Source: Camelus ferus
Lineage: Eukaryota
Assembly (NCBI RefSeq): GCF_009834535.1
Contig: NC_045697.1
Span: 66,714,001-66,778,000, forward strand
Reading direction: 5' to 3'
Length of the DNA stretch: 64,000 nt
This document shows, piece after piece, positions 1 to 12,839 of this stretch. The first letter of the stretch is position 1. Every line of letters begins with the position of its first letter. Both the position numbers and the translations under genes were made by a program. Under the pieces are notes generated by a model. That model was not told where the DNA came from. It did not search any database and worked only from the letters and a program-made list of their open reading frames with translations.

Positions 1-513
1 AATTGAGTGACCCCATCAGTGTTTGAACTCAGTATGTTTATTGATTGAATTAGTCACTATAAAAAACTTTTACTAAGGTAGTTTATTATTCTACTTGTCA
101 CTTTAAGGAAGAGCAGTGTGGTCCTCAGCTCTATTCCCTGTGTCAATTAACTGTAACATTTAGTTTCATGTGGCGATTAAAACATGATGGATAAGCATGT
201 GCTACCCTAATGTAATTCAGAAATGCCTCAGCCACAGGTGGCAGCTCCTTATCCATTTCCTTTCCTGATCTTACTGAGCCTGACACCACAAAGATCAGAT
301 TTAATTACCATTTTCCTCTTACTGCTTGTCTATTGATAGACTTACTGCTTTCAATATTTAATGTTACAGAATATTTGGATTATGTAATCCAGCAAAATTC
401 TAGTTTTTAATGCATCTGATAACTGTGTAAATTTCAATAATGAGATGAACATAAGTGTTATTAGCAGATTTCAATTCCAGGTAAAACTTTTTTGATTTAT
501 AATTTTATAATTA

Positions 514-640
514 TTCAGTTTCACCATTTATAAGATGGAGATAATGCGCATCTTGAAGTATTTAAATATTAGAAGCACTATAGTGAAAACACTTTCATAG
601 AACCCAGTTAATAGTAGTTGCTAAGTAAATATCAGTGTCG
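514..640 (+). mobile_element. MIR SINE 3' fragment
   Basis: tcagtttcaccatttataagatggagataat resembles the MIR core ctcagtttcctcatctgtaaaatggggataat, followed by a MIR-like tail. Confidence 0.55.
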
Positions 641-789
641 TAACTATAATTGATAATCACTCTTTGATTATTCATAACTCATTTATTGAATTTAAAAGTT
701 CATATTTGAATTTATGAGTTGCTTTTGATGAACTTCTAAAACTTGGATTACTAACCAAAAAAAGTATTTGACATTGACATTTTAAAGAC

Positions 790-1150
790 TCCAGTCATAC
801 ATGTAAATTGCTTTTCAGAATGTTTGTATTAATTTATACTTGCATCATAAGTGTGTAAGTGTGTTTTTTCTCCATACCCTTCCCAATATTGAATATTATG
901 AAAACTTTAGACTGATTTACTTAGGTGGGATCTCTCACAGTTAATTTTCATTTGTTTTGTCAACAATGAAGTTAAATTATTTTCATGGTTATGGTTCTTT
1001 GCTGTGAGTTATCACTGCATGATTTTTCCTTTTATTTAGTATTTTTCTTACTAACTTAATTATATTAAGGCTATTAAAACTCTGTCATATTTCTAAAAAA
1101 GATATTCATAGCCTGGTATTTATCCTTCATTTTACTTTGAAAAAAATTTA
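790..1150 (-). mobile_element. Old L1 (L1M-type) ORF2 3' fragment
   Basis: aaattgcttttcagaatgtttgtattaatttatact...tccatacccttccca is a degenerate antisense L1 ORF2 end. Confidence 0.5.
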
Positions 1151-1861
1151 ACATTTAGTTTCTATAGAAGAATCATTTAAAATATCTTTTTCCACACTGA
1201 ATCTTTTTTCAACAGCCTTTGCTGTCTCTCTCTAGTCTTTCCTAGATTAGTTTGCAGGACTCCTCAATTTCTGGTCTTCTCATGCATCCCTCATCTCTCC
1301 TTTGGATTCCAGTTGTGCCCTGATTCATGTGGATCCCATATAGCATCAAAAAATAGGCAGACCACACCACTAACTCTGAGGAGCCAGCACACTGCACAGG
1401 GAGGAAGCTTCCAGTTTGTTAAGAAAGTGTTGGGGCTGCTTCAGGCTCCATAATCTGTGTCGGCATTGGGGGTTGGCCAGGTGAGTGGGAGGTATGTGTC
1501 CTTGGCCAGCTCTGCAAAGAGGACGCAGAATATTGCTTGGTTGTGATAAAATGAAGAACAACTTACTCTGCCCAAAAACATCCTCAAGTGTTCAGAGATT
1601 CAGGTTCTTGTTTGGAGACTTCGGGAGTTTGGTGCCTGCATCTGAGCATATTTTAATTTGCCTTTCTTTAATACCTTGAGGTGGTAGTACCTTTTTGATT
1701 TTGCTTAATGATTTCACCTAAAGATTTATGGACAACGTCTTTAAAATATATTTGTTTTTCTTAGTAAAGTTTGATCAGAATATCTATTCCTATTTTTAGA
1801 AATTTTTATGACATTTCCCATATATAGCCTAAATGAGATGTAATATTTTCTGCTCTTCATT

Positions 1862-2363
1862 TCTGTTATCTCTAGCCGCATAATGAATTATTCCAATCCA
1901 AAGTGGCTTAAACCTGCAACAGCTATTCTCTCAGTTTTTGTGGGTCAGGAATGTGTATAGGGTTTGGCTGTTTGCTTCCGGCTTTCATGCGTTTTGCAGT
2001 CGGACAGTGGCTGGAGTTGGGGCAGCAGGCAGCTGAAGCAGCTGGGGCCTTGTCCAGCATCTCTTTTCACACACTCAGGGCTTGTCCATGTGGTCTGTCT
2101 ACATGGGGTAACTGGGGCTTCACAGCATGGCAGCTACAAGGCAGTCACCCTGCTAACATGGTAGCTGAGTGCTTCAAGAGTGAGTACTCTAGTGACAAGG
2201 GGAGAACAGTAGTGCCTTTAGTGGTACACTCTCTATATCGCGTAAGTTCAACTTACATCACTTATATTGAAGTAAAAAATTCAAGGTGAATCAGAGTTAT
2301 AGGAAGAACATAGTGGGATGGCAGATGTTACTGTAATTATCTTAGGAAAATGTAATCTGCCAC
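1862..2363 (-). mobile_element. MLT1-type MaLR LTR (3' LTR of provirus; MLT1G/H-like)
   Basis: Carries aagtggcttaaac, tgtgggtcaggaat, gaagcagctgggg and the terminus ggaaaatgtaatctgccac. The adjacent tgtccatcctct reads as a polypurine tract on the minus strand. Confidence 0.8.
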
Positions 2364-4044
2364 TGTCCATCCTCTGACCACAACCATTTACAGCCCTCCC
2401 ACATGTAAGATACGCTTATTCTCAACCTCAGAGCCCCTGTTTCATCCCATTACTGCATTACCTTGAAGTCTAGGATCTCATCTTCTACATCAAGTCCAGG
2501 TGCAGCTGAGGCGCCGTGAGTAAATCTTCCTGAATATTGAAAATTCTTGAACTAGGGATTTCCTGAAAAGCTCTAATCAAGAGATAAGTTATCTGCCCTT
2601 CACACAGCCAACATTTGGTGGTGTGACAAGCACAGGGAAGTTCTGTAGTCCCACCTGTTCAAAAAGGGAGAAATGAGAAGCTACTATATTCCACAGCAAA
2701 TCTCAAACCCAAGTGGTCCTGCTGCCATTTGCTTAAGTAGGGACTCAGTCTGTTCCCTGGGAACTGTTCTCTTTGACTCTTGATTCTTCCCACTGTATCC
2801 TTGTTTCCATCCTCTGAATCATCCTTCTCCCCCACTTCCCCAAAAAAGGCCTGTATTTATTGCTGACAAAATTCCTCCTTCCTGTTCATGGAAGTCTGGG
2901 GGGTCCAAAAGCCACTTTTTGCTTAGTATTGTGTTTGTTTCCTCTTAGCTCAAGCTGATATAAATCTTTAAAAAGTTTCTTTAGGGTTTCTTACATATCA
3001 GTTTAGCAAAATCACTCTAGTAGCAAAAGTCACACCCAGAAAATTTTGAGGTAATTGCTCCTTTACCAAGGGTTCCCTATGAAGCTGTGGTGAGATAACA
3101 CCCTTAAGATTCTTTTTTTTTTAATTGAAGGATAAAGACTTAGTTATATTAGTTATATTAGATGTACAACATAATGATGTGACATTTTTATAGATGATTC
3201 TCAATATAAATTTATTAAATATTGGTTATATTCCATTTACTATACATTACATCCTTATATCTTACTTGTTTTATACCTAGTAGCTTGCACCTCTTAATCC
3301 CCTTCCCCCATCTTGCCCTGCCTCCACACTTAAGATTCTTAGTAGTCCTACTGTTCAGCAGAGAAAGTTGGCTCCTTATGCCCTTAAGATCCTTAGAAGG
3401 CCTTTTATCTGTTTTAAAGGATCTATGAGGCAACTACCTTGATATTCCTGAGATGCTAATACAGCCAGTTTATAGTCACATGCTTATCTTTACTTGTAGA
3501 CCAGGTTTTTCTGACTACACCTGGCATTTTATCTTTTCCCCCTGAGGCTTGTTTTTGAGACTGTTGTTTTGAGACAGTTTTGCACTCTGAAGCCAAAGGG
3601 AAATGAAGATTCATTCTATTTTTCAAACCTAGCAAGTTCTGTCTTTTATAGTTCCTCCAAATTTTGCTGGAAACCAACAGTTCCTTTTTTAACTCATCTA
3701 TCTCTTCATAAGTAACAAAGGGAAGGCAGATGTCCTTTTAGTATTCTGCTGGGAAAGCTCCTCAGCTTAGATCCTTGGAGTTCATTCGGTACACTTTCTA
3801 TTTTCTATGTCACTGTGGGTGTTCGAATTGCTAAATGTTCTTCAACTGCGTAGCAAGAATCTCCTTTTATCCACCTTCCAAAAACATAACCTGTACATCT
3901 CTGATGCCCTCACAGTCAAACTCATTGAGGCCCATCAGGCTCCCAATAACAGTCTTGTTCAGGCTTCCATCTGCTTTCTGGTCCAAAGGCCAATACCATA
4001 TGTTTTGAGTTTATTTTATTATACCACTTCACTTTTGATATGAG
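2364..4044 (-). mobile_element. MLT1 internal (MaLR-int) region
   Basis: About 1.7 kb between two homologous LTRs, with MLT-int-like motifs (ccctcccacatg, gagataagttatctgcc, cccttaagatccttagaagg). Confidence 0.7.
3115..3328 (-). mobile_element. 5'-truncated L1 3' end nested in MLT1-int
   Basis: Poly-T followed by ttaattgaag...cttgcacctcttaatccccttccccca. Target-site duplication cttaagattctt at 3103-3114 and 3329-3340. Confidence 0.85.
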
Positions 4045-6071
4045 TATGTTTTGGTTATATATTGCTTTTTAACAAATAACTGTAAAACTTAGTGGCTTGA
4101 AACAACAAAAACAATGTTATTCCCTCTCATAGTTTCTGTGGGTCAGGATTTTGGGCAGAACTCAGTTGGGTGGTTTGATTCTCAGTTGGGTGCTCTCTAA
4201 TGTAGGTGCAGTCAGTGGTGTCTGGAGGCAGAACAGCAGGAGACAGAAGCAGCTGGGAGCTGTCCAGGCATATCTCTAGTCATGGAGTCTCAAGGCTTCT
4301 CTGATTTCTCCACATTGGTAGTTTGTTTTTTAGCATCGTGTCCTCTGCATAGTCAGGCTGCTAAACTGGCAGCCAGAGGCTCCAAGAACATGCATTCTTT
4401 TTTTTTTTTTTTTCTTTTTTAATAGTTTAGTGGTTTTATTTATTTTTTAGCGGAATACAGTCAATTACAATGTGTCAATTTCTGATGTACAGCACAATGT
4501 CCCAGTCATGCATATATATACATATATTCATTTTCATGTTCTTTTTCATTAAAGGTTATTACAAGATATTGAATATAGTCCCCTGTGCTATACAGAAGAA
4601 ACTTGTTTTAAAAATCCATTTCTATATATAGTAGCTAACATTTGCAAATCTCAGACTCCCAAATTTATCCCTTCCCATTCCCTTTCCCCAGTAACCATGA
4701 GATTGTTTACTATGTCTGTAAATATATTTCCGTTCTGTAGATCAGTTCTTAGTGTCTTTTTTTTTTTTTTTTTAAGATTCCACATATGTGTGATATGTGG
4801 TTTTTTTCTTTCTCTTTCTGGCTTCACTTAGAATGGTATTCTCCAGGTCCATCCATGTTGCTGCAAATGGCATTATTTTATTTTTTTATGGCTGAGTAGT
4901 ATTCCATTTTATAAATATACCACAGCTTCTTTTATCCAATCATCTGTTGATGGACATTTAGGTTGCTTCCATGTCTTGGCTATTGTATATAGTGATGCTG
5001 TGAACATTAGGGTTCATGTATCTTTTTGAATTAGAGTTCCCTCCAGATAAACACCTAGGAGTGGGTTTGTTGGATCATCTGATAAGTCTGTTTTTGGTTT
5101 TTTGAGGAATCTCCATACTGTTTTCTGTAATAGCTGCACCAAAGTTCATTCCCACCAACAGTGTAGGAGGGTTCCCTTTCTTCAAACCCTCTCCAGCATT
5201 TATCGTTTGTGGACTTCTGAATGATGGCCATTCTGATTGGTGTGAGGTGACACCTCACTGTAGTTTTGATTAGCATTTCTCTGATAATTAGCAATATTGA
5301 GCTTTTTCCATGTGCCTATTGGCCATTTGTATGTCTTCACTGGAGAATGGCTTGTTTAGGTCTTCTGCCCATTTTTGGATTGGTTTGTTTTTTTCCTTAA
5401 GTTTATTCTGGAGATTAAGCCCTTGTAAGTTGCATCATTTGCAAATATTTTTTCCCATTCCATAGGTTGTTATTTTTATTTGTTTATAGTTTCTTTTGCT
5501 GTGCAAAAGCTTCCCATTTGTTAATTTTTCCTTTTATTTGTATTCCCTGGGTAGACTGCCGTGGAAAACATTGCTAAGATTTATGTCAAAGAATGTTTTG
5601 CCTGTATTTTCTTCTAGGAGGTTTATCATGTCTTATATTAATGTCTTTAAGCCATTTTGAGTTTATTGTTGTGTACAGTATGAAGGAGTGTTCTAACTTC
5701 ACTGATTTACATGCTGTTATCCCATTTTCCCAGCACCACTTGCTGAAGAGACTGCCTTTTCTCCATTGTATAGTCTTGCCTCCTTTGTTGGAGATTAATT
5801 GATTGTAGGTCTGTGAGTTTATTTCTGGGCTCTCTGTTCTGTTCCATTGATCTATCTAAGAACTTAGGTTCTGATGAGTCAGTTGGGAGCTGAATCATAT
5901 TTTATCACCTAGCCTTGAAGCACATTGTGTCACTTTGACAGTAGTCACAAGCTCATCTAGATTCAAGGAGAAAGAATTTAGACCCCACCTCTCAATGGGA
6001 TGTAAGAAGAGCATTTGAGATAGGAGATACTGTTGTAGTCGTCTTTGGAAAATAATATAAAATCTACCACA
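4045..6071 (-). mobile_element. MLT1-type MaLR LTR (5' LTR), split by an L1 at about 4398-5857
   Basis: Same motifs as the 1862-2363 LTR (aaaacttagtggcttgaaacaac, tgtgggtcagga, gaagcagctggg). The LTR resumes near 5870 and ends aaatctaccaca. Confidence 0.8.
4398..5857 (-). mobile_element. Lineage-specific (camelid-like) L1, 5'-truncated, with 3'UTR and ORF2 C-terminus
   Basis: Long poly-T and a 3'UTR (tacagtcaattacaatgtgtcaatttctg...ccctgtgctatacagaagaa). ORF 5055-5294 translates as the L1 ORF2 C-terminus ([23 protein letters not shown]...KCWRG...YTVGGN). Confidence 0.92.
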
Positions 6072-7584
6072 CTTCTTTGTATCCAGTCTTCACAGGTTGA
6101 CTCCAAGCTTAATGGAATATAGAGGTAGATATTGATGGAAATTTAGGTAGAACCTTTTATGTTAAGAAAAAAAAATAAACAAACCAAAAAACACCCTTGA
6201 ACTTAACATCCTTGCTTTCATCCTCAAATTTTGCTATTTAAACATTCAGTGAATTTCTAGTTATAACATTTAACGGGGATCTAAATTTGATGTTTTTCTC
6301 TTGGCTAAGCCAAAATTAGGATTGTGGGTGGTACATGTTTTAAGTTACATCGAATTCTCAGACATGCAGCATTTATGAATAGTAATAGCTTTAACTGGCC
6401 AGCTATTGAAACCTTGTGTTTTTATAAGAAAAGAAGAAAAATGTTTCCTAAAAATTAAGAGAAATTACATCTATTCCTAAAATGCCTCTGCATAAGAACT
6501 GACAGATTGTCCTCGTAATTCTTAAAATTAATCTTTTGAAATACCAAAAACCACATGGTTGAACTTCTGAAGGTGAACAGTGAAAACTTCATTAAAGGCG
6601 ATGAACGTGCAGCCACTTGGCATCTCCTTTCTTCTTGGCCACATCAGCTTGGTTTGTCTTCTGTCGCTGCATAAACGAGCCACGCATGCTTTGGAAAATC
6701 TTTGACTGTTTCAGATGCTTGGTCTGCATAGCCTGGACCCTGTTCACTGCGCCTTATTACTTCGATTTCCCTCTGCTTTCAACAACAGTGCTATCAGGCC
6801 AGCTTCTCTAGGAGTAGCAGCAGCCTGTGAAAGCCAAGGGCCAGAAACCCGCTGCCTGTGAGAAACAGTGCTGCGTCTTCGCAGGGCTGTCGAGGGCCAG
6901 GTTCCACTTAGCCTTCTTAAATGGACCAAAGGTGATATCAAATGCATTGAAAATACTGGAATAAATCATCACAGTTTATTGCAGTTGTTATACCTAGGGA
7001 AGAACCTGCTTCTTAGCAATCAGCCTGGCCTATTGACAGTGAAAATTCAGTCATCAGAAAATTGAGGGCAACATTATTCAGTGAACTATTAACTGTAGTT
7101 TGAATCATCTTTTAAAATTAAAGTTAGATCATCAGGTGAATAGTAAACTTAAGAAAGCAACAAATGACAAAATAACATGACAACGTTGAAAACTGGATCA
7201 TAAAGTAACATAAAAGTAACATGAGGTGAGTAGATAATTGGAATGTCAGATTTGGGTAAATATTTTCAGCTCATTTCAGTTTAATTCACTGAGCATCTTA
7301 GTTGTATTGCAAAAGGGACTAACAATTGAGTTTATTGAGTGTTATTACTTAACCATGAACATTGGACTTGTCATTCATTTTAAGTAGGATTTTAAATATC
7401 CTATTTATTAGTTTCCTACCCAAATTCTAAAAGTTACTTATTTCTAAGGAGGTTAGTAACTCATTGATTATCATAATAGTAATTGTGTTAAGTTTATGTG
7501 TTTGATGTTGTGGAGGGTCACATAACAGAATTTGTTAGTAATTTTAAAACAGTCTTTTCAGGCCCTTGCATTTTTTGCTTACCT

Positions 7585-8192
7585 ACCCTCCCACCCGTTC
7601 TCCACACAGCTTTACAGAGCTTATGCTACACTGCTTTTTTTTTCCATTGAAAAATATTTATTTATTTTAATTGAAGTACAGTTAGTTAAAAAAAAAAAAA
7701 GACAATTGCTTCTTAAAACTGCTCAGTGGCTTCTCATTGCTAGGAGGATAGAAGTTAGAGTACCTTTTCATGAAAGACACAGGACCTCCATGATCAGCTC
7801 CCTCCTCCCTCCCTTACCTTACCTCCTGCCTCTGCCTGCTCTGCTCCATCCACAGAGACCTGCTTGTCGCTCCTGACACACTGTACTATCTCTCAGAGCT
7901 CTGCCTTTGCCTCTTTCTGGAATGGATCCCTCTCTGCCTTTTCTTCTAGACTAATTCCTTCTCACCCTGTTAAGATGCAATTCTGTGACCACCTTTCCTC
8001 CTCAGTGAACTAGATATTTATATTTTTTCACTTAAGCGTAACTCTTGCATTGCTTTTATTACTATGCGTTCTAGCTCTTGCCTGTGTGCTACTTGGAGGC
8101 AGGAGTTGTGTCTTTTAGTTTTGTGTGTTATAGATGCCTGGCATATATTAGGTATTCAGATTGTTTACTGAAGAAATGAGTGATTGAATGGA
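7585..8192 (+). mobile_element. L2 LINE 3' fragment
   Basis: ctcagtggcttctcattg...ttggaggcagg...tgcctggcatatattaggtattca...gagtgattgaatg matches the L2 tail. Confidence 0.7.
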
Positions 8193-9911
8193 TTTATGGT
8201 GCACTTTATTTTTCATTTGAGTCTGCAGTCTTTAGTCATCAAATCTTTCTTTTGGCCCTCCCTCCTTGTTTGGGACAAGCTCTTGTCTCACATTTTCAGG
8301 TATTTCTCACTTTTGAAAATTTACCAAGGAGGAGAGAGTGGTAGTCAGGGCTCGGCAGTGGTAATGTCCACTTGCAGAAGTGCGTACCAGCACTGTGCTG
8401 CCTTAATGTGTCCTACCTTCAGCAGTGGGAGGCTGGTAAGTCTTCATTATCCATTCATTAGTCGGGTGTTTGAATGACACCACAAAGAAAGGTGCTGTGA
8501 ATATGCAAAAATGCATAAAACATAGCTCCTGATTTTAGTTAAGGTCTTGTCTACTAGAAAAGAGAAGACAGGTACCTCCTACAAGTTGGGAATGCTGTGG
8601 GCTTTCATAAAGGTACAGAAAGAATGCAGAGACTCATTTTGACATGGATTAGCTCAGCTGGCTTTATCAGATGGAGCTTTAAGAAGAAAGGTTCGAGTAG
8701 AATTTGTCGTTCCTTTTCACTCACATGCTATGAATTCCATGACAAATGGACTGTGCAGAAAGTGTGTCTACTGCCTTGAAATTCCTTTAAAGGAAGGTTG
8801 GTGGTAGTACAGTATTTATATGTGCAATTTTGATAAAATACTGTTTTGACTCGGCAAATAAAGGAATATCTTAAGCTTATCTTCTATGGAGTGTTCGAAT
8901 TTTTAAATGACATTCCTTCAGGTAGTTAGTGTATTGTAATATGCTAATAGAAGCTGGAGGAGATGCTATCTCAGCAAACTTCTAGGGCTATCGCATATGA
9001 TAGTTAAGTCAGTTTTTAGCAGATTGGTTTGCTTGCCTGAAGTGTGACCAGGACTTGATTGCTTTTGCTTTTCCATACTTTAATTTAGATACCTTAGCTT
9101 ATGCATGATTATTAGCTGTTAAAAATATGAACTTAAGTTGGCATTAAGAGTTGGATAATGAGACATTTTACTACCATTAGGAGACTTTATTCTTCTTTAT
9201 TAAGTGCAGTCCAAGAGAAGGTATTCTAGTGTTTATTTGAGCAATAGAAATGCCATCTGTACCTGATAAATTTATCTAAATATTTTAAGCCATGACAAAA
9301 TTCTCAGGTTACAGCAGTCCTACTAAATAAACCCCAGATTGTTTCCCAGTGTAGTGCTAGTGGGTGAACTCCTATCAGAATTACCCACCATGAAAAAGAT
9401 GTACCATTTACAGCAAGTGGGGTCAAGTTCTTGTGTGTCCCACACTAGAGGAATCCCATGTTAATGTTACAGATTATCAAAAAGAATAATATAAGCAAAA
9501 TTCAAATACTGTCAAGTGTTTTGTGTATTTTTTTCCTTCTCAAGAGACACAAAGTTATTCACAAATTATAAGCAAATATATTTTATTCTAGAATTTACAG
9601 GGAGAATTCATAAAAGCAGTGAATCAGGAATGGATATAATTACATGGGTCATTTCCAAAATAACTTAATTTTCACCTAAATTACTTGAATTTTTAGAGGG
9701 AAGTGTTTTAATAATTGCTTTCATTTTTGTTGTTCTTCAGGAGAATTTGTTTTAGAAACTAACTTGTTCCTAAAATGTATTGCTCCTTTTTACCAAATAT
9801 CCAGATAGAAATTAAACAGTTTAGATGTATGAGAGAAATTACAGGTGAAATTTTAATCTTCCAATGGCTGTTTGTGTAATTAGACTCAAATTTAAATCCT
9901 TATCTTGGCCT

Positions 9912-10087
9912 CTGGTGCTTCTCAACCTGGGCTGCGTATCAGAATCACATGGAGGGCTTCCGAGAGTGCTGATCAATGGCTCCTGCTCCAGTGATTCTGA
10001 TGTAATTGGTCTGGGATATGGCCTAGCATCTGGATTTTTAAAGCAGTCCAGGTGATTCTCATGTGCAGCACAGTTGAAGAACCACTG
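9912..10087. mobile_element. MER5A/B hAT-Charlie MITE
   Basis: Inverted termini gtgcttctcaa and ttgaagaaccactg, with internal cagaatcac, gattctgatgtaattggtctggga and ccaggtgattct. Confidence 0.88.
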
Positions 10088-10328
10088 GCCTGAAACACCT
10101 GCATCATTCAGTCACTGTCTAATTATATGTCTTCTCTGTGTGCCCCCTCTCCCTTTTGTGTTGTCACTTGAACACTAAAGATTGTTCTTACCCAAGGATC
10201 TTTCTGTAGCAATTTCTTCTGCCTGGAGTGTTCTTCCTGCAGATCTTTCTATGGCTGTCTCCTTCTAATCATTTAAGGATCTGCTTTAGGCCAAGCTTTT
10301 CTTAATCCTCCTAGCTAAAGCTTTCTTT

Positions 10329-10460
10329 TTCTTTTTTTTGGTGTCTATTTTTAAAATTATTTTTCATTGAAGTATAGTCAATTTACAATGTTAGTTTCAG
10401 CTGTACAGCAAAGCAATTCAATTGTGTATATATATATATTCAGATTCTCTTCCATTAAAT
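10329..10460 (-). mobile_element. Very short L1 3' end
   Basis: attgaagtatagtcaatttacaatgttagtttcag. 14-bp target-site duplication ctaaagctttcttt at 10315-10328 and 10461-10474. Confidence 0.85.
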
Positions 10461-10929
10461 CTAAAGCTTTCTTTCCCCCAACATTATCACATTATTCTGT
10501 TTTACTTTTATTATCATACTTTTTGGGGGCTGTGAGATATTATCATAGTCATCTGTCAGTTTGCCCAACCCCCACTAGAATGTAAAGTCCTTGAGGATGT
10601 GTCTGATTCACCATCATATTCCCAGCCTCCTAAAACCAAGTCTAACATATAACAGTTGCTCAGTAAATATTTTTTGAGTAAATGAATAAAAATGTTGATA
10701 GAAAAGTGATTTGAGTAATATAAATAATTAATACCATCTTTTCTCTCAAGAAAAACAAAACAAAACAAACATGAGATCATATTTTTAAAATTAGAATAAA
10801 GCCAAAGATGAAATGAGTGAACAAGTCAACAGGCAAAGAAGTGAACCTAGAGCTGTGACAGCCGCCAGCACCAAAACCTTTAGGGCGGTGATCCTGAGGC
10901 TGGGCTAGTTCCCGCCACCTAAGGCTCTC

Positions 10930-11195
10930 ACCCCGTGGCTATGCTTTGGATCTTCCCATCATCCCAAATCTTTCAAATCTTTGTACTCTTTCTGGTTAAC
11001 TTCTGTTTTAAGCCTTCCCTGAGCTCAGTCTGCAGGAAGAGTTAGGCCTCCTGTGCTCTGCTGGCTTGCACTGAGGCCATTGCTGCACTGTACTGTGAGC
11101 TCCCTCACCAGCCGCTCGCCTCCCTGCGAGCAGGGATTGTGCCTGGATTGCTAAATCCACAACTGATTCTCAGTAAGTGTTTTGTTGAATGAAAG
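10930..11195 (+). mobile_element. L2 3' fragment
   Basis: aagccttccctga...ctcagtaagtgttttgttgaatgaa tail. Confidence 0.5.
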
Positions 11196-12409
11196 CGTAA
11201 GCAAATGTGAAAATAGTCCACAAGAAGCATTAGAACTGCTAATTAAAATTACAAAATGGATTTGTCAGGAATATAAGTAAGTTGAAGTAGTTATTAATAG
11301 AATAAAGTAATAAATAAGGATATTCTAGCCCAACGAGGTGGGTGTGATGCTATGCCCACTTAGGAAATTAAGAAAACATTGTTGGTGCCAATAAGTCTGA
11401 GCACTGGCTTCCAACTGATATGTGGTTTGTCATCTATACAAGGTTTTCATCACTCACTTGGGACTTTTTATACATTATTTACCCTTTTTGATAAACTTCT
11501 TCGCAATAGCTACCATTCTGATGGATGCATTTTCCAGTAACACCTGATAAGCTTTTTAAAATGTAGCTTTTAATTGGTATTGATTGCCAGTAAACCCAAT
11601 GATAACTTTCATCAGTGTACTTTGAACTTCATTGTTCTGCCCAAAAGAAAATGGAGCAGTCTTTGAGCACATAAATATTTAAGTCTCTGCATAGAGCCCT
11701 GTTAGTTCCATGGTGTGACTGTGACAGTTTTAGCAGCAGAATCTTACTTTGGAGTGCTCTTTCAGCTTGTATCCTGCTTCCGAATCTCTATCACTGTGCA
11801 TCCTTCTACCTGGAAGCTAGATGAAGAAAGAGAACCACGCATTTGAAATGAACATTTTCAGTAATATTTTGGAGTTGTTCATTGCTGCATTTTCTATCAC
11901 AAAGATGATAAAACAGAGGGGAAAAGAGTGAGTACTTAGGACAGAAATGCCAGTCAGGTCCCCCCAAATTATCCTGAAGAGCAGTATTATCACGGCTTTA
12001 CTGCTGGCAGCCTGGGAGCCGGCACATGCTTCTCCCATCTGCTTTTAGAAGGAAGCACGCCGTTTGTCACATCTGAATGAGACTAGCAAGTACAGCAGGG
12101 AGTTCTAATACCAGCATCTCAGCATCTGAGGACATTTTCCTCCTTTTAATTTTCTAATCTGCGTTCCCACAGTTAGATCTAGTTCTGCCCCTTAAATGTT
12201 ATTTCACAGAAATCAGGGCTCAGAGAATTCTGGTTGTTCTCCACACAGCATTGCCAGTGAGCACATGGTTTGGTGTGTCATGAGAGTGTAATGTGGTATT
12301 TGTGTTGTGGGCAAAGGGGGAGTGAAACCAAGAGGACAGGGCCAGGTCGAGATGGTGGAGTGGCCTATATTCTGTGCTGAAAATCCAAACCCGCTGTTGT
12401 CAGCAGGAG

Positions 12410-12682
12410 GAGGTGTTGACATTTTTCAAGTGTTGTAGTCGTGTGGAAGATTGATGGAGGAGGAGACAGAGTGGTGACAGGAGACTTGATTGTGGTCTTT
12501 TTGGTACTTAAGATTATATAAAAGCTAAACCTGAATTTTGGTAGGAACAGAGGGAAGGAAAGAGGGGACAGAGAGATTTCAAAGATAGACTGTTAAGTGT
12601 TTAGTAACTAACTAGAAAGAGAGAGAAGGGGAACACGAGTTTTTCCTTGGATGACTACGTAGTGGCACTGCCATCACCCAGG
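12410..12682 (-). mobile_element. L2 fragment
   Basis: Purine-rich antisense L2-like sequence (gtgtggaagattgatggagg...gtggcactgccatcacc). Confidence 0.45.
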
Positions 12683-12839
12683 TAGTGGTTGTGTGCGCCT
12701 GTTTGTGTGTTTTGCCATTGTCAACAAAAGTATGTATGCCTCAAATTGGAATACTTGTTTGTCCCCTAGGAAATACAATTTTTTTTCCATAGGAAGATTA
12801 TTTCTGCTGAGATACAGCCCCTCAGGTATTATTAAAAAG

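Larger units (their letters stand above)
9860..10690 (+). mobile_element. L2 fragment interrupted by MER5 and a short L1
   Basis: ccaatggctg...cccactagaatgtaaagtccttgagg...gctcagtaaatattttttgagtaaatgaataaa. Confidence 0.7.

Noticed and set aside
4384..5872. Target-site duplication for the 1.45-kb L1 (aagaacatgcattct versus aagaacttaggttct)
   Set aside because: Only 11 of 15 positions match. It is plausible but too diverged to assert.
7200..7232. Donor-like GAG|GTGAGT at 7226 after a short aaagtaacat duplication
   Set aside because: No convincing acceptor was found upstream, and isolated donor motifs are common in introns.
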